Positions 20,770 to 31,549 of a DNA stretch of 64,000 nt are shown here, piece after piece (the first letter of the stretch is position 1; every line of letters begins with the position of its first letter). The translations under genes were made by a program, and so were the position numbers. The DNA comes from Coleofasciculus chthonoplastes F2-STO-03 (GTDB taxonomy: Bacteria; Cyanobacteriota; Cyanobacteriia; Cyanobacteriales; Coleofasciculaceae). The notes beneath the pieces were generated by a model. That model was not told the origin of the DNA. It did no database searches and saw only the letters and a list, made by a program, of their open reading frames with translations. Location of the stretch: positions 19,941-83,940 of the forward strand of contig JAVJWO010000096.1 in assembly GCA_040222015.1 (NCBI GenBank), given 5' to 3'.

Positions 20770-21124
20770 CTTAAAATGACCCAAAAATGACGAGGGTTGT
20801 AGGGGCACCATCCTTGCGCCCGTTTTTCAGTGTAGAGGTTGGAAAGCTATCTGGTGCAACGTAGCGGAAATCAGTATCCAGTGGAAAAAGGTGCAATAGC
20901 TTACTATACAAGCGTTTTTTTATTCTACCTTCTGCCTCGGAGTCTCGGAGCCTTTTAACTTAACGGAGGATATCCCCGCTGCGACACCACCAGCTTATTT
21001 GGATTACGATAAACCAACTCCACCAGAAGTACAAGCCCAGCTTTAACAAAACGATAACATTCAGGGGATTTGGCTTTAATTTAGTTGAGGGTTGAGTTTT
21101 GGCGGGAAATGCTTCAAAAAAACA

Positions 21125-21138
21125 GTATAGCCTGATAC
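21125..21138. promoter_or_regulatory. Candidate NtcA box upstream of gltB
   Basis: GTA-TAGCCTGA-TAC inside the palindrome CAGTAT-N6-ATACTG. Confidence 0.4.
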
Positions 21139-21311
21139 TGATATATCCCTTTCTGCTTGACTATCGGTGGGTTACGGCGGATAGTTTATTAAATAGTTAC
21201 CGACTCAATTAAATTCCGCCTAACCCACCCTACAGATTACGATAGGCGATCGCCCAAAATAATTATCCCAGATTTTCTGAATATCCGTCCGTAGGGGCGG
21301 GTTTAGGGATT

Positions 21312-21530
21312 CAATTGGGCGGCTTACCGATAACTGAACAACAAAACCCGCCCTTTATTCAATGACGCCGTTAAACCTAACAATTGGGCGGCTTACCGAT
21401 AACTGAACAACAAAACCCGCCCTTTATTCAATGACGCCGTTAAACCTAACAATTGGGCGGCTTACCGATAACTGAGCAACAAAACTCGCCCTTTATTCAA
21501 TGACGCCGTTAAACCTAACAATTGGGCGGG
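21312..21530. repeat. Tandem repeat with 69-bp period, three units plus a partial unit
   Basis: CAATTGGGCGG unit starts at 21312, 21381, 21450 and 21519; units are nearly identical. Confidence 0.9.
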
Positions 21531-21597
21531 TTAAAATGGTTATTGGCTTCGTTGAAACGTTGAAAGGCTAAAGCCTTTACTACGAACTACAGACGGA

Positions 21598-23088
21598 TTA
21601 AGATGGGCCGCCGATGTGAATATTTCGCACCCGCACGGGGACACAAGCATGGGTCATTTGGGCGATTTGCATGGGTTCACCTTTACCACATAAATTCGTC
21701 CCGCATTGTTGCCATTCAGACTTAGAGCCGATCGCGTCTACACTATTCCAAAAGTCTGTGGTCATGGAATGATAGGTGACATCCTTTAACATTCCTACCA
21801 CTTTGCCTTTTTTCACCTGCCAAAACCCATCGCCACCAAACTGAAAATTGCGCCGTTGCTGATCAATAGAAAAACTGCCAATGCCATCAATTAAAATACC
21901 CTCTTCGGTATCGGCAATCATTTCGGCTAACGTCGCCGTATGACTTCCCCCCTCAACTCCCGGTTCTAAGCCTAAATTGGGAATGCGTACCATCGGCACA
22001 CTTGACCAACTATCGGCAAAGGCGCTACCATTACTACTGCCTCGCCCTAATCGATAGGCGGTTTCCCGATCAGTGAGATAATCCACTAAAATTCCATCCT
22101 TGACAACGTACCACTCTTGTGCAGGTACGCCCTCATCATCATACCCCATGGTACTGCGTCCACCGGGTTGAGTGCGATCGGCTTTGAAATTAACCCAAGG
22201 TGCGGCATACTGGAGTTTCCCTAATTTATCAGTTGTCGCGAAACTGGTGCCCGCAAAGTTGGCTTCATAACCGTATACTCGATCCAATTCCGTGGGATGT
22301 CCGACGGATTCATGAATTGTCAGCCACAGGTTTGTGGGTTTCAGAATTAGCGTGGAACGAATACCAGAGGGACTTTTTGGCGCATGGACTTTTTCAATCG
22401 CTTCTTCTGCAACTCGTTCCACTTGAGAAAGTAAATCCGCTCGGATAACATGCTCATAGCCCTTATTCATCGGCGGGCGTTCATAGCTGCGATTTTGAGC
22501 ATCTCCATTCGCGATCGCACTACAGCCAAATCCAGGATAAGTCCGATAGAGAGTTTGGTGAATCAGCGAACCTTCTGTCGAAGCAAAGGTCTTATCTTCC
22601 TTGGTAAATTGTAAATAAGAATAGGCTTTTTTAATCCCCCGTTCGCCATAACTCAGTAATTGATCATTAATCTGCAACAGTAAATCAGCTTTCTCAGTAA
22701 TCGGGATACTAAAGGGGTCAATTTCCATCGGAGTGATGTAGGTATCCTGATAGGCGGCGACAGGAACAAGTTGCACCCGTGTCTGCTGAGACAGGCGACT
22801 CCCCTTAGCGATTTCCACGGCTAAGGTAACAATCCGTTCCACCTCTGCTGGCGTTTTATAGGGACTAGCCGCAAAACCCCACGCCCCATCCAGTAACACC
22901 CGCACCCCAAAGCCAGCACTAACATTATCACAGAGTTGACTCAGGGAGCGATCGCGGGCATAAAGATTTTGATGGCGGTAGGTGCAAAATCGGACATCGC
23001 CGTACTCACAGCCAGCTTGACGAATTAAATCAGTCGCCAGTTGAGCCAAATCCGTTGCGGTGGGGGTTGGGGTGAGTGATTTTACCAT
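21598..23088 (-). CDS. tldD: TldD metallopeptidase
   Basis: GFGVRV...GAWGFA, HESVGHPTELDR zinc motif, YDDEGV, CGKGEP. Confidence 0.9.
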   Translation of the reverse strand: MVKSLTPTPTATDLAQLATDLIRQAGCEYGDVRFCTYRHQNLYARDRSLSQLCDNVSAGFGVRVLLDGAWGFAASPYKTPAEVERIVTLAVEIAKGSRLSQQTRVQLVPVAAYQDTYITPMEIDPFSIPITEKADLLLQINDQLLSYGERGIKKAYSYLQFTKEDKTFASTEGSLIHQTLYRTYPGFGCSAIANGDAQNRSYERPPMNKGYEHVIRADLLSQVERVAEEAIEKVHAPKSPSGIRSTLILKPTNLWLTIHESVGHPTELDRVYGYEANFAGTSFATTDKLGKLQYAAPWVNFKADRTQPGGRSTMGYDDEGVPAQEWYVVKDGILVDYLTDRETAYRLGRGSSNGSAFADSWSSVPMVRIPNLGLEPGVEGGSHTATLAEMIADTEEGILIDGIGSFSIDQQRRNFQFGGDGFWQVKKGKVVGMLKDVTYHSMTTDFWNSVDAIGSKSEWQQCGTNLCGKGEPMQIAQMTHACVPVRVRNIHIGGPS

Positions 23089-23112
23089 AGTCTATTGTTA
23101 AAATCCATTGAC

Positions 23113-24024
23113 TTATGTTAAATGTATGGTATCGGACTGAAAACCGCTATATTCATCTCTGGCAATAGACAAATTAATTTTCATATCCGACTCAATTTTC
23201 TTAGCCCCTTCACCCACCGATTTCGTTGTCGCGATCGCACCGGAAATCGGAGCAGCATACCGGGGTAAAGCGCAAGCCACGAGGGGAATATGGCGATCCG
23301 TAACCACAACACCTTGATTAGGATCATAGCCTTGCCATCCCGCACCGGGTAAGTAAATCTCTACCCAAGCATGAAGATATCGTTGCGATCGTTCTAGATT
23401 CCCTTCCTGATACCCACTGACAAATCGTGCGCCTAATCTCATCACCCGACAAACGTCCATGAATAGCACCGCTAAATCGCGACAAGAGCCTTTCTTTAAG
23501 TCCCAGGTTTTACGGGGAGACCGAGGTGCACCTTTTTCCCGATATTGGGGTTTACAATGGCTGTAGAGATGTTGGTTGAGTGTTTTGACAAAGTTAACGG
23601 TATCGCCCTTAACTTGATGGTAAATATCCTGGGCTAATTGCTTGATTGAATCGCCTGAGGAAGGGTCATAAAATTGCTGATAAGGCTGTAACTGAGAGAA
23701 CCAGTAGTCGGGGTACTTAATCGGTAACTGAGTTGCCCACGGTTCGAGTTGAATGGTATCGGGATTGGTTCGACAGGTTTCGACAACGGATGTAGCGCTG
23801 ATCGTTAATTGTTCGGTGCTGGTATTAAACAAAAGTTTCGCGATCGCGTTCCCATCCAATTCGATCATCTCAACGATCTTCTCAGGTTTGGGTTCAATCT
23901 CCAAGGTAAACGAATACAGTTTTTGAGTCCCATCACACCGGGGACGTAGCCTGATGATATGGGGTTTTAAAATAACGAGCTGATTATAGGTATAGGTTGT
24001 CGTGTGGCAAATTTTATAACGCAC
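23113..24024 (-). CDS. Transglutaminase-like protein
   Basis: H.T.YTY...LRPR N-terminal domain; catalytic GSCRD, HAWVE, YDP. Confidence 0.92.
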   Translation of the reverse strand: MRYKICHTTTYTYNQLVILKPHIIRLRPRCDGTQKLYSFTLEIEPKPEKIVEMIELDGNAIAKLLFNTSTEQLTISATSVVETCRTNPDTIQLEPWATQLPIKYPDYWFSQLQPYQQFYDPSSGDSIKQLAQDIYHQVKGDTVNFVKTLNQHLYSHCKPQYREKGAPRSPRKTWDLKKGSCRDLAVLFMDVCRVMRLGARFVSGYQEGNLERSQRYLHAWVEIYLPGAGWQGYDPNQGVVVTDRHIPLVACALPRYAAPISGAIATTKSVGEGAKKIESDMKINLSIARDEYSGFQSDTIHLT

Positions 24025-24088
24025 TATAATTCGTTAGTGGTCTTATGTTAATAGTCCAAGCTTAAAACCGTGTTAGTTAGCACCAACA

Positions 24089-24988
24089 TTAGTTAGTTGC
24101 ACCAACTAATGCGGCTACTTCTTTTGAAATTTCCCCCTGTTGTGCGGCTAATAAATCGTGTCCGATATATTGGGATTTTTCAGGGTCAAAATATCTTGGT
24201 TTTACAGACATTAAACTTTTCGGTATACTAAAAAAGTCATACCCTAGTTTCCTAAGTATTTTAACTGTAGGATGTTTATCCACTAAATGACTAGAACTAT
24301 GAAGCTCTACAAGTATTATATCAGGAGGATTATTATAAAATGCATCGTATGCACCTTGTAATACTTGGGGTTCAAAGCCTTCTACATCAATTTTTACAAA
24401 ACGTATCTTTTTACTTTCTATGTCGCTCAAAACCGATGATAGAGGTTTGACCGGAACCAAGATATTCGTTACATTTTGTTTAAATTTTTTAATCAATGAG
24501 GCTGATCCACTATGGTCTATAGGGATTCTCATTTCAAGGGTGGCATCTTCCGCACCCAGGGCAAAAGGGTGAAGCATTACATTAGTTACACGATTGTACT
24601 CTAGTGCTTCTGTAATCAAGTGTTGCATTTGTGGGTTTGGCTCAAACGCATGTACATAGCCAGCTTCACCAACAATAGATGCCAGCGTAAATGTAACTAA
24701 ACCAATATTTGCTCCTATATCTAAAGCCACATCTCCGGGACGTACAAGTTTTTGGCATAGCCAAGTTATCTTCCGATCACAATCACCCGTGTAAAATACA
24801 GCACGTCCGTCAAAATCACTGAGTGATGCACGTATATATTTTCCGTTTGGTAACCGAGTCCAAACTATTTCATCACTCTCACCTGCAATTTTTCTAATCC
24901 ACAGAGAATTACCTATAGTACCACAACCACTATAGAAAGGATAAAAATGTAATATTCTAGCTATAATTTTTTGTCTCAAATTTGGCAT
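24089..24988 (-). CDS. FkbM family methyltransferase
   Basis: LDIGANIG, AFEP, KIDVEGFE; visibly AT-rich compared with its neighbours. Confidence 0.9.
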   Translation of the reverse strand: MPNLRQKIIARILHFYPFYSGCGTIGNSLWIRKIAGESDEIVWTRLPNGKYIRASLSDFDGRAVFYTGDCDRKITWLCQKLVRPGDVALDIGANIGLVTFTLASIVGEAGYVHAFEPNPQMQHLITEALEYNRVTNVMLHPFALGAEDATLEMRIPIDHSGSASLIKKFKQNVTNILVPVKPLSSVLSDIESKKIRFVKIDVEGFEPQVLQGAYDAFYNNPPDIILVELHSSSHLVDKHPTVKILRKLGYDFFSIPKSLMSVKPRYFDPEKSQYIGHDLLAAQQGEISKEVAALVGATN

Positions 24989-25171
24989 TTTTTATTCCTT
25001 TTTATAACGTTTGAATACTACTAAAAAAACAAAACTTCTCAATCTATTATGCATCTAGATAAATTGGGAATGAACAATGAACAATGACCAATATGGGTAC
25101 ACCACAATGATTTTGTCGTTCTTGAGATTATGGTTTAAGTACCGAACAGCTTACAACTTTTTCGGATGATT

Positions 25172-26122
25172 TTAAACAACTGGTTCTACCGCACAAAATG
25201 TTTTCGAGATTTGATTGCCGACTTGATTAATTTCGATTTGCATTTGGTTTAAAAACTCATGCAAGCCATCCTCAAAAACATCTTCTATGGTCAGATATCC
25301 GAGTTGAGAACACAAGCGCCCTAATCCCCGTTCGGCTGGGTTGCACCAGGTTCCACGGGGGGTGGTAGTAATTTGATGCAATGATTGTTCCGCTTGCGCT
25401 AGACAGAAGTGAATGGAGCGGGGGAACTGGCGGTTTAAAATCAGAAACTCAGCGACACTGGTGGGCGTAATCCGATGCTGAGACTTGCGATACATTTCAT
25501 AGGCACTGGCAGATTTGAGCAGTGCCATCCATTGAATTTGATCCAATGGCGTTCCCACCCACTGTACAGACGGGAGTAACACAAAATACTTTACATCTAG
25601 AATTCGGGTTGTTTTATCTGCCCGTTCTAGCAATCTACCCAGTTGCCCAAAATGCCATCCCTCATTATGCGTCATTGTGGCATCCATAACTCCAGCAAAG
25701 CGATGGCTAGCCAGTTTGACTTGGGTGAAAAAATCAGGTAAGGCTTGCAACGCTCCTCCTTGGGAAGCCTCTTTAACCATCAGGAAAAATTCATTGACCT
25801 CTTCCCACATTTCTGAGGAGATCACTTCCCGAATCGAACGGGCATTCTCGCGAGCGAGCTGGAGTACCGATAAAATTGAGTTGGGATAATCTGAGTCAAA
25901 GGTGAGGAAGCGGATAACGTTGTCCGAGGTAGCCTCCCCGTAGCGATCGCGGAATAAATCTCGATCCCCCGTTGTAATCACCAAGGGTTCCCACTGCTGG
26001 GTTACTCCGGGTGGCATATCCAGCATGGAATTTAAGTTAACATCCACAAACCGGGCAATATTTTCTGCCCGTTCGATATAGCGATTGAGCCAGTAGATAG
26101 AATCAGCAACCCGACTTAGCAT
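25172..26122 (-). CDS. Alpha-E domain protein
   Basis: MLSRVADSIYW..RYIERAEN.AR, ARENAR, GRLLERAD.T.R, FPRS. Confidence 0.93.
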   Translation of the reverse strand: MLSRVADSIYWLNRYIERAENIARFVDVNLNSMLDMPPGVTQQWEPLVITTGDRDLFRDRYGEATSDNVIRFLTFDSDYPNSILSVLQLARENARSIREVISSEMWEEVNEFFLMVKEASQGGALQALPDFFTQVKLASHRFAGVMDATMTHNEGWHFGQLGRLLERADKTTRILDVKYFVLLPSVQWVGTPLDQIQWMALLKSASAYEMYRKSQHRITPTSVAEFLILNRQFPRSIHFCLAQAEQSLHQITTTPRGTWCNPAERGLGRLCSQLGYLTIEDVFEDGLHEFLNQMQIEINQVGNQISKTFCAVEPVV

Positions 26123-26193
26123 AAGTATTTATTCGTCCTTTGTCTTATGTCATTAGTCCTTTGTCGAGTAAATTTTTAACAAAGGACTATCAT

Positions 26194-27639
26194 TCATGAG
26201 TGATTCAGCACCCACGTATCCTTACTTCCGCCCCCTTGGGATGAATTCACCACCAGAGAACCCTTTCTCAACGCCACACGGGTCAATCCACCGGGATGAA
26301 CATAAATGTCGTCTCCCCGATGCAAAATATAAGGGCGCAAATCGACATGTCGTCCTTCTACCTGATGATCAATCAAGGTTGGCACTCGCGACAAGCAAAG
26401 GATGGGTTGGGCAATATAATTGCGAGGATTGGCTTTAATCCGTTCAGCAAACTCCGCCCGTTCCACCTCAGTGGAACTCGAACCTACTAACATACCATAC
26501 CCCCCCGACTCATTCGCCGCCTTCACCACTAATTTTTCTAAATTATTCAGGACATGGTTACGGTCTTTTTCCTGCCAACATAAATAGGTGGGGACATTGG
26601 ATAAAATTGGCTCTTCTCCCAGGTAATAGCGGATCATTTCTGGGACATAGGCATAGACAACTTTATCGTCCGCTACGCCTGTTCCGGGTGCATTGGCTAA
26701 GGCGACTCGCCCTTGGCGATACACCTCCATCAATCCCGGTACGCCTAAGAGGGAATCTGGACGGAAGACGTGAGGATCTAAAAAGTCATCATCCACACGA
26801 CGATACACCACATCCACTCGCCGCAATCCTTGCGTCGTTCGCATTTGCAAATAGCCATCCACGACGACTAAATCTCGACCTTCGACCAATTCCACACCCA
26901 TTTGCTGAGCTAAAAAGGAATGTTCAAAGTAGGCGGAGTTGTAAATACCGGGAGTAAGGACAACAACAGTAGGATCAGGAAGTTGATGTGGCGCTAAATT
27001 GAGCAGGGTTTCTAGCAAATGGCTGGGATAGTCATCCACTGGCTTAATTGCCAGGGTTTGGAATATTGCCGGGAATGTATTTTTCATCACCCGCCGATTT
27101 TCCAGAACATAAGAGATGCCCGAAGGTACACGCAGGTTATCTTCCAGAACATACCATTGACCCTCGCGATCGCGCACTAAATCCGTACCGGTAATGTGAC
27201 ACCAGACATCGCTTGGCGGCTTTAAGCCGACGCAAGGCTTGAGAAATCCCGTTGCCGAAAACACAACTTCGTGGGGGATTTTGCCATCGTTAAGAATAAG
27301 CTGTTCCCCATACATATCCTTGAGGAAGAGGTTCAGCGCTCTAATCCGTTGTTTGAGTCCACCCTCTAAGGTTTGCCATTCCTGAGCCGAGATAATCCGG
27401 GGAATAATATCAAAAGGGAACACCCGTTCGATGCCCTGATTATCACTGTAGACGCTAAAGGTTACGCCTAACTTGAGCAGAGCAATTTGAGCCGTTTCCC
27501 GGTGTCGCTGGAGTTCATCAGGGCGTAATCCCTGCATCCACTTAATTAAGGCAGCGGCTGATGGTCGTGGCTGCCCTTTGGCTGAGAACAGCTCATCATA
27601 GAAGTCTTCTGGATTGTAGAGATCCCATTGTACTGCCAC
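26194..27639 (-). CDS. Circularly permuted type 2 ATP-grasp peptide ligase
   Basis: [42 protein letters not shown]; probable GTG start at 27639 behind an AGGAGG RBS. Confidence 0.93.
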   Translation of the reverse strand: MAVQWDLYNPEDFYDELFSAKGQPRPSAAALIKWMQGLRPDELQRHRETAQIALLKLGVTFSVYSDNQGIERVFPFDIIPRIISAQEWQTLEGGLKQRIRALNLFLKDMYGEQLILNDGKIPHEVVFSATGFLKPCVGLKPPSDVWCHITGTDLVRDREGQWYVLEDNLRVPSGISYVLENRRVMKNTFPAIFQTLAIKPVDDYPSHLLETLLNLAPHQLPDPTVVVLTPGIYNSAYFEHSFLAQQMGVELVEGRDLVVVDGYLQMRTTQGLRRVDVVYRRVDDDFLDPHVFRPDSLLGVPGLMEVYRQGRVALANAPGTGVADDKVVYAYVPEMIRYYLGEEPILSNVPTYLCWQEKDRNHVLNNLEKLVVKAANESGGYGMLVGSSSTEVERAEFAERIKANPRNYIAQPILCLSRVPTLIDHQVEGRHVDLRPYILHRGDDIYVHPGGLTRVALRKGSLVVNSSQGGGSKDTWVLNHS

Positions 27640-27710
27640 GTTTACTACACCCCTCCTCCTTGATGTATACCCTACGTATTCCAAGATTGGTCGAAATTGG
27701 ATCTAGAACT

Positions 27711-27724
27711 GTAGTGAATATTAC
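27711..27724. promoter_or_regulatory. NtcA box upstream of the ATP-grasp operon
   Basis: GTA-GTGAATAT-TAC. Confidence 0.6.
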
Positions 27725-27801
27725 CGTTTGCGGGTAGTGCAAGTAAAGATATAGCCTTACCAAGGCAGATTAAGACATTCTGTACAGTTCCCTGTTGCCT
27801 G

Positions 27802-30300
27802 TTATCTATTAATTGTGGGCAATGGGGGTGGCGACTCTAACCGCAGTGGCGCAAAATAACGACTCTTAACTACACTCGTTGGCTTCCAGGGTGGATGCCA
27901 ATAGACCTCTTGAATCACGGCTTTGGCATCATCCGGTAACCATTGGAAACTGACAACGCTGATGTTATTACATCCCACAATTTCGTCACCCTCTTGTAAC
28001 CAGCGATTGCGCCATAACCAGGATAGAGAACCGAATAAAACTCTTCGCCATAAGGGTGGCTTTTTGCTGGATTCTGGCTGAGGATGTCGTTTCAGCCAAG
28101 GAACAGGTTCAGCTTTTTGGCGTTTACTCCATTCTGTCCGATACCGCCAGTCGGGTTGCGATCGCGCATCTTTGAGGGCGACTTGCCAAGCGATGTCCCC
28201 ATTGCCTTGAGGGGAATGAATTTGCTGCCAAAAGGGTCCTTGACTAGGAACTGGCAGATCCTGGATAATCACTTTACCGGGAGTGGCGATCATTTCCACC
28301 AGTTGCGGTGGTTGTTGCCATCCGACCCAATATTCGGGTTGTTCTAATGCCAGTGATTTAACTTTAGTATGAACTAAATAGGTCTTCAACTCAGCATTTT
28401 TGATCGAACTGGAGGTTAACTGGACTAGCACCGATGCTGAGTCAGGATTGTCCCTCTCTTCAGCTTCCCAGATGTCGCCGACGGCTTGTCTCTGGAGTTT
28501 CCCACGCAGATTTGACCAATAGTGGAGGCGAACCACGGAGCCATAGTGAATATCTCCCGACAGCAACACAATGCGATCGCGTCGCTGAAATAGGGCGGTT
28601 AACAGCTTACTAAAGGCGACATCGTGAAAGTTCCACGAATCCCCCACATCTGTGCCAAATACTTTACCCTGATGCCAATGCCACCGTTGGGCGATATCCA
28701 CTAACGACGCATGGATCAGGTTGGTTGGTAAAACAATTAACGTGGCTTCAATCTGCGACTTACCCGCCGCTTTTAGTTGATCTGTTTTGTCCAGAGGAGC
28801 TTCAATCTGCTGATCAAATGCTGTCGGTGATAATAGCATCGGCGGCGCGATCGCTTGCTCCTCTCCCATGGGAAAACCGCGCCACGTCCGCGTATCGAGT
28901 ACGATAACTTCATGTTTAAAACTCCTCACGCTGTAGTGCCACCTTAAACAAGGAGTGTCATCACCATAGTCTCGATTCAGAACTAATACCGTCCCATCCT
29001 GTTTTAACTTGGGTAGCCCTGTTTCTGTGTCAATCTCAGGGACTCCCAAATATTTTCCCATCGTTTCCCAGGCGGATTCATCTGTCCCAGCAGATTCTGA
29101 CCATTGTTGCAACACTTGCAAGAATTTTTCTCCGGGTTGCCCTGAGGTAAACTGTTCCGGTGTATTTCCCCATCCCTGACACAGGACATAAGCTAACAGT
29201 CCATTTTGGATGATCTGTCTGCCCAGAGGTTTACCTAAGACTCGGTTGCACCACTCCCGATTCAAATACCAGTCATCGCTAACATCGTGGTCATCAAAAA
29301 CCATATAAGTTGGCACATTCGCCAGCGATCGCCTGACTTGCCACAAATACCTGGAAAAGTCCTGAATCGCATCAACTTCCTCATCCCATGATTTCGACTT
29401 TTTCCCCCTTGTCTTGCCTTTGGTAAAGGGATTCACCCACAGGATTGGCGACCAAGATAACAGATACATCCCTAAATATTCACCCAAACTAAATAGATGG
29501 CTTTTAGAGCGTTGAGGTTGATTCTCCAGCATCGCGGTTAAGCCAGCATAATTTTGGGCAATTTCTGTGCGCTGTCCGGGTTTCCATTCACTTACTTTTT
29601 TCCAGGAATACCCCTTGACAAAATCTCCTTTATAGGGCAATTCTTCCTGCCAGCCCAATAAAATATTTCCAACCTCACTGAGGGCAGCTAATAAGGGATC
29701 AGCGACATCATCGGCGTAAATTTGGTCTCCGGTTAAAAAGAGTTGATGAGGTCTATTATTGGGTTGATCGGCTGACTGTTCGATTAAACCATCCAGCAGG
29801 GGTAGGGCATCTTGTCCATTTCCATGGGCTTTGCGACAGGAACCGTGAACGATCCGCAGATGATTTAAGTCATCCGGCGGCATAGCAAATGTGGGCAGAT
29901 TGTGGTCTAAATAGCTAATGGTGATCAGGGGAAAAACGTCTCTGGCGTTGAGGGCATCATTGAGGGTTTGATTGCGATCGCCAAAGTCCAAATCGTAGGC
30001 ATAAATTTGTCCCGGTTCAAGTAAGTATCCATCAACGGGTTTAGCCGTTACCGCAACAATATGCAGGTATTTGCCCACAGCTACAGTGGCGCGTGATCCA
30101 GCCAGCCGTCCCCGATCAACAGTTTTACCTTGACCTGCGATCGTGGTATACACTCTAAGTGTGACCGAACTAGACGCTTTCAGTGCCAGCCAAACCGTGA
30201 CGCCATCGGGATCGGTACGCCGCAAGATGGGACCTGCCAAAATGAGCGGCAGGTGTGTCAGTTGTTGCTCAAAGTCGCTGTAGGCGTCGATCAAGGGCAA
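27802..30300 (-). CDS. PhoD-like metallophosphatase
   Basis: HGSCR, TGDQIYADD, FDDHDV.DDW, LDTRT, LSGDIHY. Confidence 0.8.
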   Translation of the reverse strand: MPLIDAYSDFEQQLTHLPLILAGPILRRTDPDGVTVWLALKASSSVTLRVYTTIAGQGKTVDRGRLAGSRATVAVGKYLHIVAVTAKPVDGYLLEPGQIYAYDLDFGDRNQTLNDALNARDVFPLITISYLDHNLPTFAMPPDDLNHLRIVHGSCRKAHGNGQDALPLLDGLIEQSADQPNNRPHQLFLTGDQIYADDVADPLLAALSEVGNILLGWQEELPYKGDFVKGYSWKKVSEWKPGQRTEIAQNYAGLTAMLENQPQRSKSHLFSLGEYLGMYLLSWSPILWVNPFTKGKTRGKKSKSWDEEVDAIQDFSRYLWQVRRSLANVPTYMVFDDHDVSDDWYLNREWCNRVLGKPLGRQIIQNGLLAYVLCQGWGNTPEQFTSGQPGEKFLQVLQQWSESAGTDESAWETMGKYLGVPEIDTETGLPKLKQDGTVLVLNRDYGDDTPCLRWHYSVRSFKHEVIVLDTRTWRGFPMGEEQAIAPPMLLSPTAFDQQIEAPLDKTDQLKAAGKSQIEATLIVLPTNLIHASLVDIAQRWHWHQGKVFGTDVGDSWNFHDVAFSKLLTALFQRRDRIVLLSGDIHYGSVVRLHYWSNLRGKLQRQAVGDIWEAEERDNPDSASVLVQLTSSSIKNAELKTYLVHTKVKSLALEQPEYWVGWQQPPQLVEMIATPGKVIIQDLPVPSQGPFWQQIHSPQGNGDIAWQVALKDARSQPDWRYRTEWSKRQKAEPVPWLKRHPQPESSKKPPLWRRVLFGSLSWLWRNRWLQEGDEIVGCNNISVVSFQWLPDDAKAVIQEVYWHPPWKPTSVVKSRYFAPLRLESPPPLPTINR

Positions 30301-30396
30301 AGTGAAAGGGGTGAAGAATGAGTTGTCATGCAGACTTCATACTACCAAAAAATGCTCAGATGTTTTTGACAACCTCCCTGGAAATACTCTACTGAA

Positions 30397-31125
30397 ATGC
30401 CCTCATTAAATAGCAATTCGATCAGGATTAATCAACTGCTGACGGCTCTACCCGATCAGGAATACCAGCGCCTTGTTCCTCATCTCGAAGAAGTCTCTCT
30501 GATATTAGGACAAATTCTTTATCAACATGGAGAACCGATTCTCCATGTCTATTTTCCCAATCGGGCAATGGTTTCGTTAGTCACCCTCTTGACAAATGGT
30601 TCAACAACAGAAGTAGGTATGGTAGGAAAGGAGGGGATGGTTGGTATTCCTGTATTTCTGGCGGATGGGATAGCAATCAACCAAGCCGTTGTGCAACTCG
30701 AAGGCACCGGGATGAAAATGGATGCCTCGATTCTGAAACGCGAGTTTGAGCGAGGGGGGAGATTGCAGCGATTGCTCCTCTGCTACACCCAAACTATCTT
30801 AAATCAGGTGAGTCAAACGGCGGCTTGCAATCGCCAGCATCGGTTAGAACAACGGCTGGCTCGGTGGTTACTCTCTGCTCAGGATAGTATTTCTGGCTCT
30901 GAGTTGCGACTCACTCAAGAATTTCTGGGCAATATGCTGGGAACTCGTCGTGCTACGGTGACAGTGGCGGCGGGCAAGCTGCAGGAAACAGGTGCAATTC
31001 ACTCTCACCGAGGAAAAATTACCATTCTCAATCGGGAACTGTTGGAAACTATAGCGTGTGAATGTTACAGCGTCGTCAAACACGAGTGCGATCGCTTACT
31101 TTATCCCCCAAATGGCGATCGGTGA
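30397..31125 (+). CDS. Crp/Fnr family transcriptional regulator
   Basis: cNMP-like domain, QTAACNR.H..EQRLARWLL, HTH LTQEFLGNMLGTRRATVT. Confidence 0.92.
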   Translation: MPSLNSNSIRINQLLTALPDQEYQRLVPHLEEVSLILGQILYQHGEPILHVYFPNRAMVSLVTLLTNGSTTEVGMVGKEGMVGIPVFLADGIAINQAVVQLEGTGMKMDASILKREFERGGRLQRLLLCYTQTILNQVSQTAACNRQHRLEQRLARWLLSAQDSISGSELRLTQEFLGNMLGTRRATVTVAAGKLQETGAIHSHRGKITILNRELLETIACECYSVVKHECDRLLYPPNGDR

Positions 31126-31126
31126 T

Positions 31127-31226
31127 GTCATTCGTCATTCGTCATTTGTCATTTGTCATTCGTCATTTGTCATTCGTCATTCGTCATTCGTCATTCGTCA
31201 TTTGTTATTTGTCATTTGTTATTTGT
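31127..31226. repeat. Long heptamer STRR array (GTCATTC/GTCATTT)
   Basis: About 14 tandem heptamers. Confidence 0.9.
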
Positions 31227-31334
31227 GATAATTGAACGGTTAGGGCGGGGCGGGTTTAGTTATATCAGGGTGAAAACGAAACGTTAGTGGTAAAACCCGC
31301 CCCTACAAAAGATGTTTCATCGGAACGTCTCAGC

Positions 31335-31374
31335 TTCCCCTGCTTCCCCAGCTCCCCCAGCTCCCCCAGCTCCC
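31335..31374. repeat. 9-mer tandem repeat (CTCCCCCAG-like)
   Basis: cttcccctg-cttccccag-ctcccccag-ctcccccag. Confidence 0.75.
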
Positions 31375-31430
31375 AGACGTAGCATGCTACGTCTCTACAC
31401 TGCTTCCCCGGCTTCCTCAGCCCTGCCCCT

Positions 31431-31444
31431 GTACGCTACCGTAC
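31431..31444. promoter_or_regulatory. Palindromic operator upstream of the response regulator
   Basis: GTACG-CTAC-CGTAC. Confidence 0.5.
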
Positions 31445-31549
31445 CGACGAATACTCTTCATTGTGTAATGCTTGAACAGCAAAAGGTCTAATTCAATCTT
31501 TGCCAGCGTAGGCGATCGCGGTTGAATCAACAAAAGCTAGACAACACCA

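Noticed and set aside
20770..20811. N-terminal extension of gltB in the ORF track
   Set aside because: The upstream ATG lies inside a REP copy; ATG at 20769 fits better.
20896..20909. Second NtcA-like site near gltB (ATA-N8-TAC)
   Set aside because: Mismatch in the conserved GTA; too weak to call.
21312..21530. Possible CRISPR array (69-bp period)
   Set aside because: Whole units are near-identical, so there are no unique spacers, and there are no cas genes.
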